DNA of 62,563 nucleotides from Pseudomonadota bacterium (GTDB lineage: Bacteria; Pseudomonadota; Gammaproteobacteria; Pseudomonadales; UBA5862): assembly GCA_034189125.1 (NCBI GenBank), contig JAXHVB010000068.1, forward strand, positions 1 through 62,563, in the 5' to 3' direction. Every line of letters begins with the position of its first letter. Position 1 is the stretch's first letter. Below are positions 61,658 to 62,563 of the stretch, one piece after another. Made by a program: the position numbers and the translations under genes. The notes beneath the pieces are model-generated. The model saw only the letters and a program-made list of their open reading frames with translations. It had not been told where the DNA came from and made no database searches.

Positions 61658-62331
61658 TGTTTCTTGAAAAACTCGTCAGGGCAGACGAATTGCGCCCCAG
61701 CCGGCTCCACACGCAAGCTGGCGAATTCTGCGGCTGGGGACAGCTCCCTAGGTTGTTGCCGTCGGCGTGGACTTGGTTAAATTTTCGGCTAACCGGACAT
61801 AGAGCCGTTGCGCCATGGTGGACCTGGGAGGCGATCAGGTTTGTTGAAAAAGAAGTGCGGAAAACCGACCGCATCCTGGAAGCCGGGGCGGGGTATTCAT
61901 CGCTATGGTTGGCCGAGCGCTGCCGAGCGATTCGGTCGATCGAAAGCTTAGCAGCCTGGAACCGGCGTCTTCGCTCGGAGGCAGCCGCACGGGGGCTGTT
62001 GAACCTCGAGATTGTCGAGGCTCAGGATACATCTGCCGCCTTTGCCCGCATGATGACAGAAGCAATCGCCGATGGTGAACCGTATGATGTGGTGGTCATC
62101 GATTCAGCGGGTGATCGAACCAGCATGTTCCGGATGCTCGGGGAGGTCGCGTTGACTATAGCGCCGAGGTTGATTGTCTATGACAACACCGACCGTATCG
62201 ATGATCGAAGCGCGGTGTCGGCGTTCCAAAATCCCTCTTACCAAAAGCACCTGTTCCGGGGCTTCGGTCCGCAACTGGTTCACGCCTGGGAGACGACGGT
62301 CTTGCTGAAACGCACGGATCAAAATGCCTGA
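61654..62331 (+). CDS. hypothetical protein, class I SAM-dependent methyltransferase-like fold (tentative)
   Basis: ILEAGAGYSSLWLA resembles SAM motif I, followed by an acidic VVVIDSAGDR block. The ATG overlaps the GT4 stop (ATGA). Confidence 0.45.
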   Translation: MMFLEKLVRADELRPSRLHTQAGEFCGWGQLPRLLPSAWTWLNFRLTGHRAVAPWWTWEAIRFVEKEVRKTDRILEAGAGYSSLWLAERCRAIRSIESLAAWNRRLRSEAAARGLLNLEIVEAQDTSAAFARMMTEAIADGEPYDVVVIDSAGDRTSMFRMLGEVALTIAPRLIVYDNTDRIDDRSAVSAFQNPSYQKHLFRGFGPQLVHAWETTVLLKRTDQNA

Positions 62332-62563
62332 AGTGAAGAAGAGGCCCCATGTCGTCTACTGGAACAACATCCCCGCGCCCTACATGGTCGAGCGCTTCAA
62401 TGCGCTGGCCGATCGCGACGCGTTCGAATTCGAGGCCTGGTTCAATGACCGCATCGAAGCCGACCGAAGCTGGGCGGTGGACGAAGCGGCGTGGCGGTTT
62501 CGACACCGCTATCTGCCCGCCACCCGCCTGTTTGGCCGCACCCGACACTGGCCGCTACCGGTG
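62324..62563 (+). CDS. probable glycosyltransferase, N-terminal 80 aa (3' end beyond the window)
   Basis: Hand translation: MPEVKKRPHVVYWNNIPAPYMVERFNALADRDAFEFEAWFNDRIEADRSWAVDE.... Open to the window edge, with an 8-nt overlap with the upstream gene. It resembles N-termini of EPS-cluster GT-B enzymes, judged by eye only. Confidence 0.45.
   Translation, partial: MPEVKKRPHVVYWNNIPAPYMVERFNALADRDAFEFEAWFNDRIEADRSWAVDEAAWRFRHRYLPATRLFGRTRHWPLPV

Overview
This is a densely coding, high-GC chromosomal window of gammaproteobacterial type. Hand-counted 60-nt lines give about 62-72% GC in the core and about 50-60% in the last 6 kb. I recognise about 60 protein genes, no rRNA or tRNA genes, no CRISPR array, and no transposase, integrase or phage genes.

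Most of the window is conserved housekeeping backbone:
- rpmB-rpmG, radC, coaBC-dut-algC-argB-slmA, pyrE, xth, rph, yicC-gmk-rpoZ-spoT-ridA, recG, an HU-like gene, rubredoxin, ubiA and uvrD. As far as I recall, this order resembles the Pseudomonas-type origin-proximal block.
- An Entner-Doudoroff set (hexR, zwf-pgl, edd, eda), with the 3' part of a sucrose synthase gene at the left edge.
- A TRAP transporter whose binding-protein gene lies about 11.6 kb from its permease genes.
- An exported MsrB/MsrA pair.
- A MoxR AAA+ / VWA(CoxE-like) pair.

The clearly accessory part is a polysaccharide locus that starts right after the rpmG terminator (50.8 kb to the window end). It encodes wzi, a 900-aa OPX/Wza-like exporter, a kinase-less PCP/Wzz, an SqdB/SQD1-type UDP-sulfoquinovose synthase, wzx, a wzy-like polymerase, a GT4 glycosyltransferase, a methyltransferase-fold protein and the start of another probable glycosyltransferase.

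The most interesting lead is the sulfoquinovose synthase gene inside this Wzx/Wzy export locus, which also coincides with a drop in GC. Secondary leads:
- a PMM/PGM (AlgC) fused to a ~390-aa membrane, sensor-like N-terminus;
- ubiA translationally coupled to a DUF482/FemAB-like gene;
- a Tat/Sec-exported thiol-type MsrB/MsrA pair;
- a probably leaderless uvrD.

I did not find a recognisable defence, toxin-antitoxin or mobile system. All functional calls rest on by-eye motif and family recognition, not on searches.
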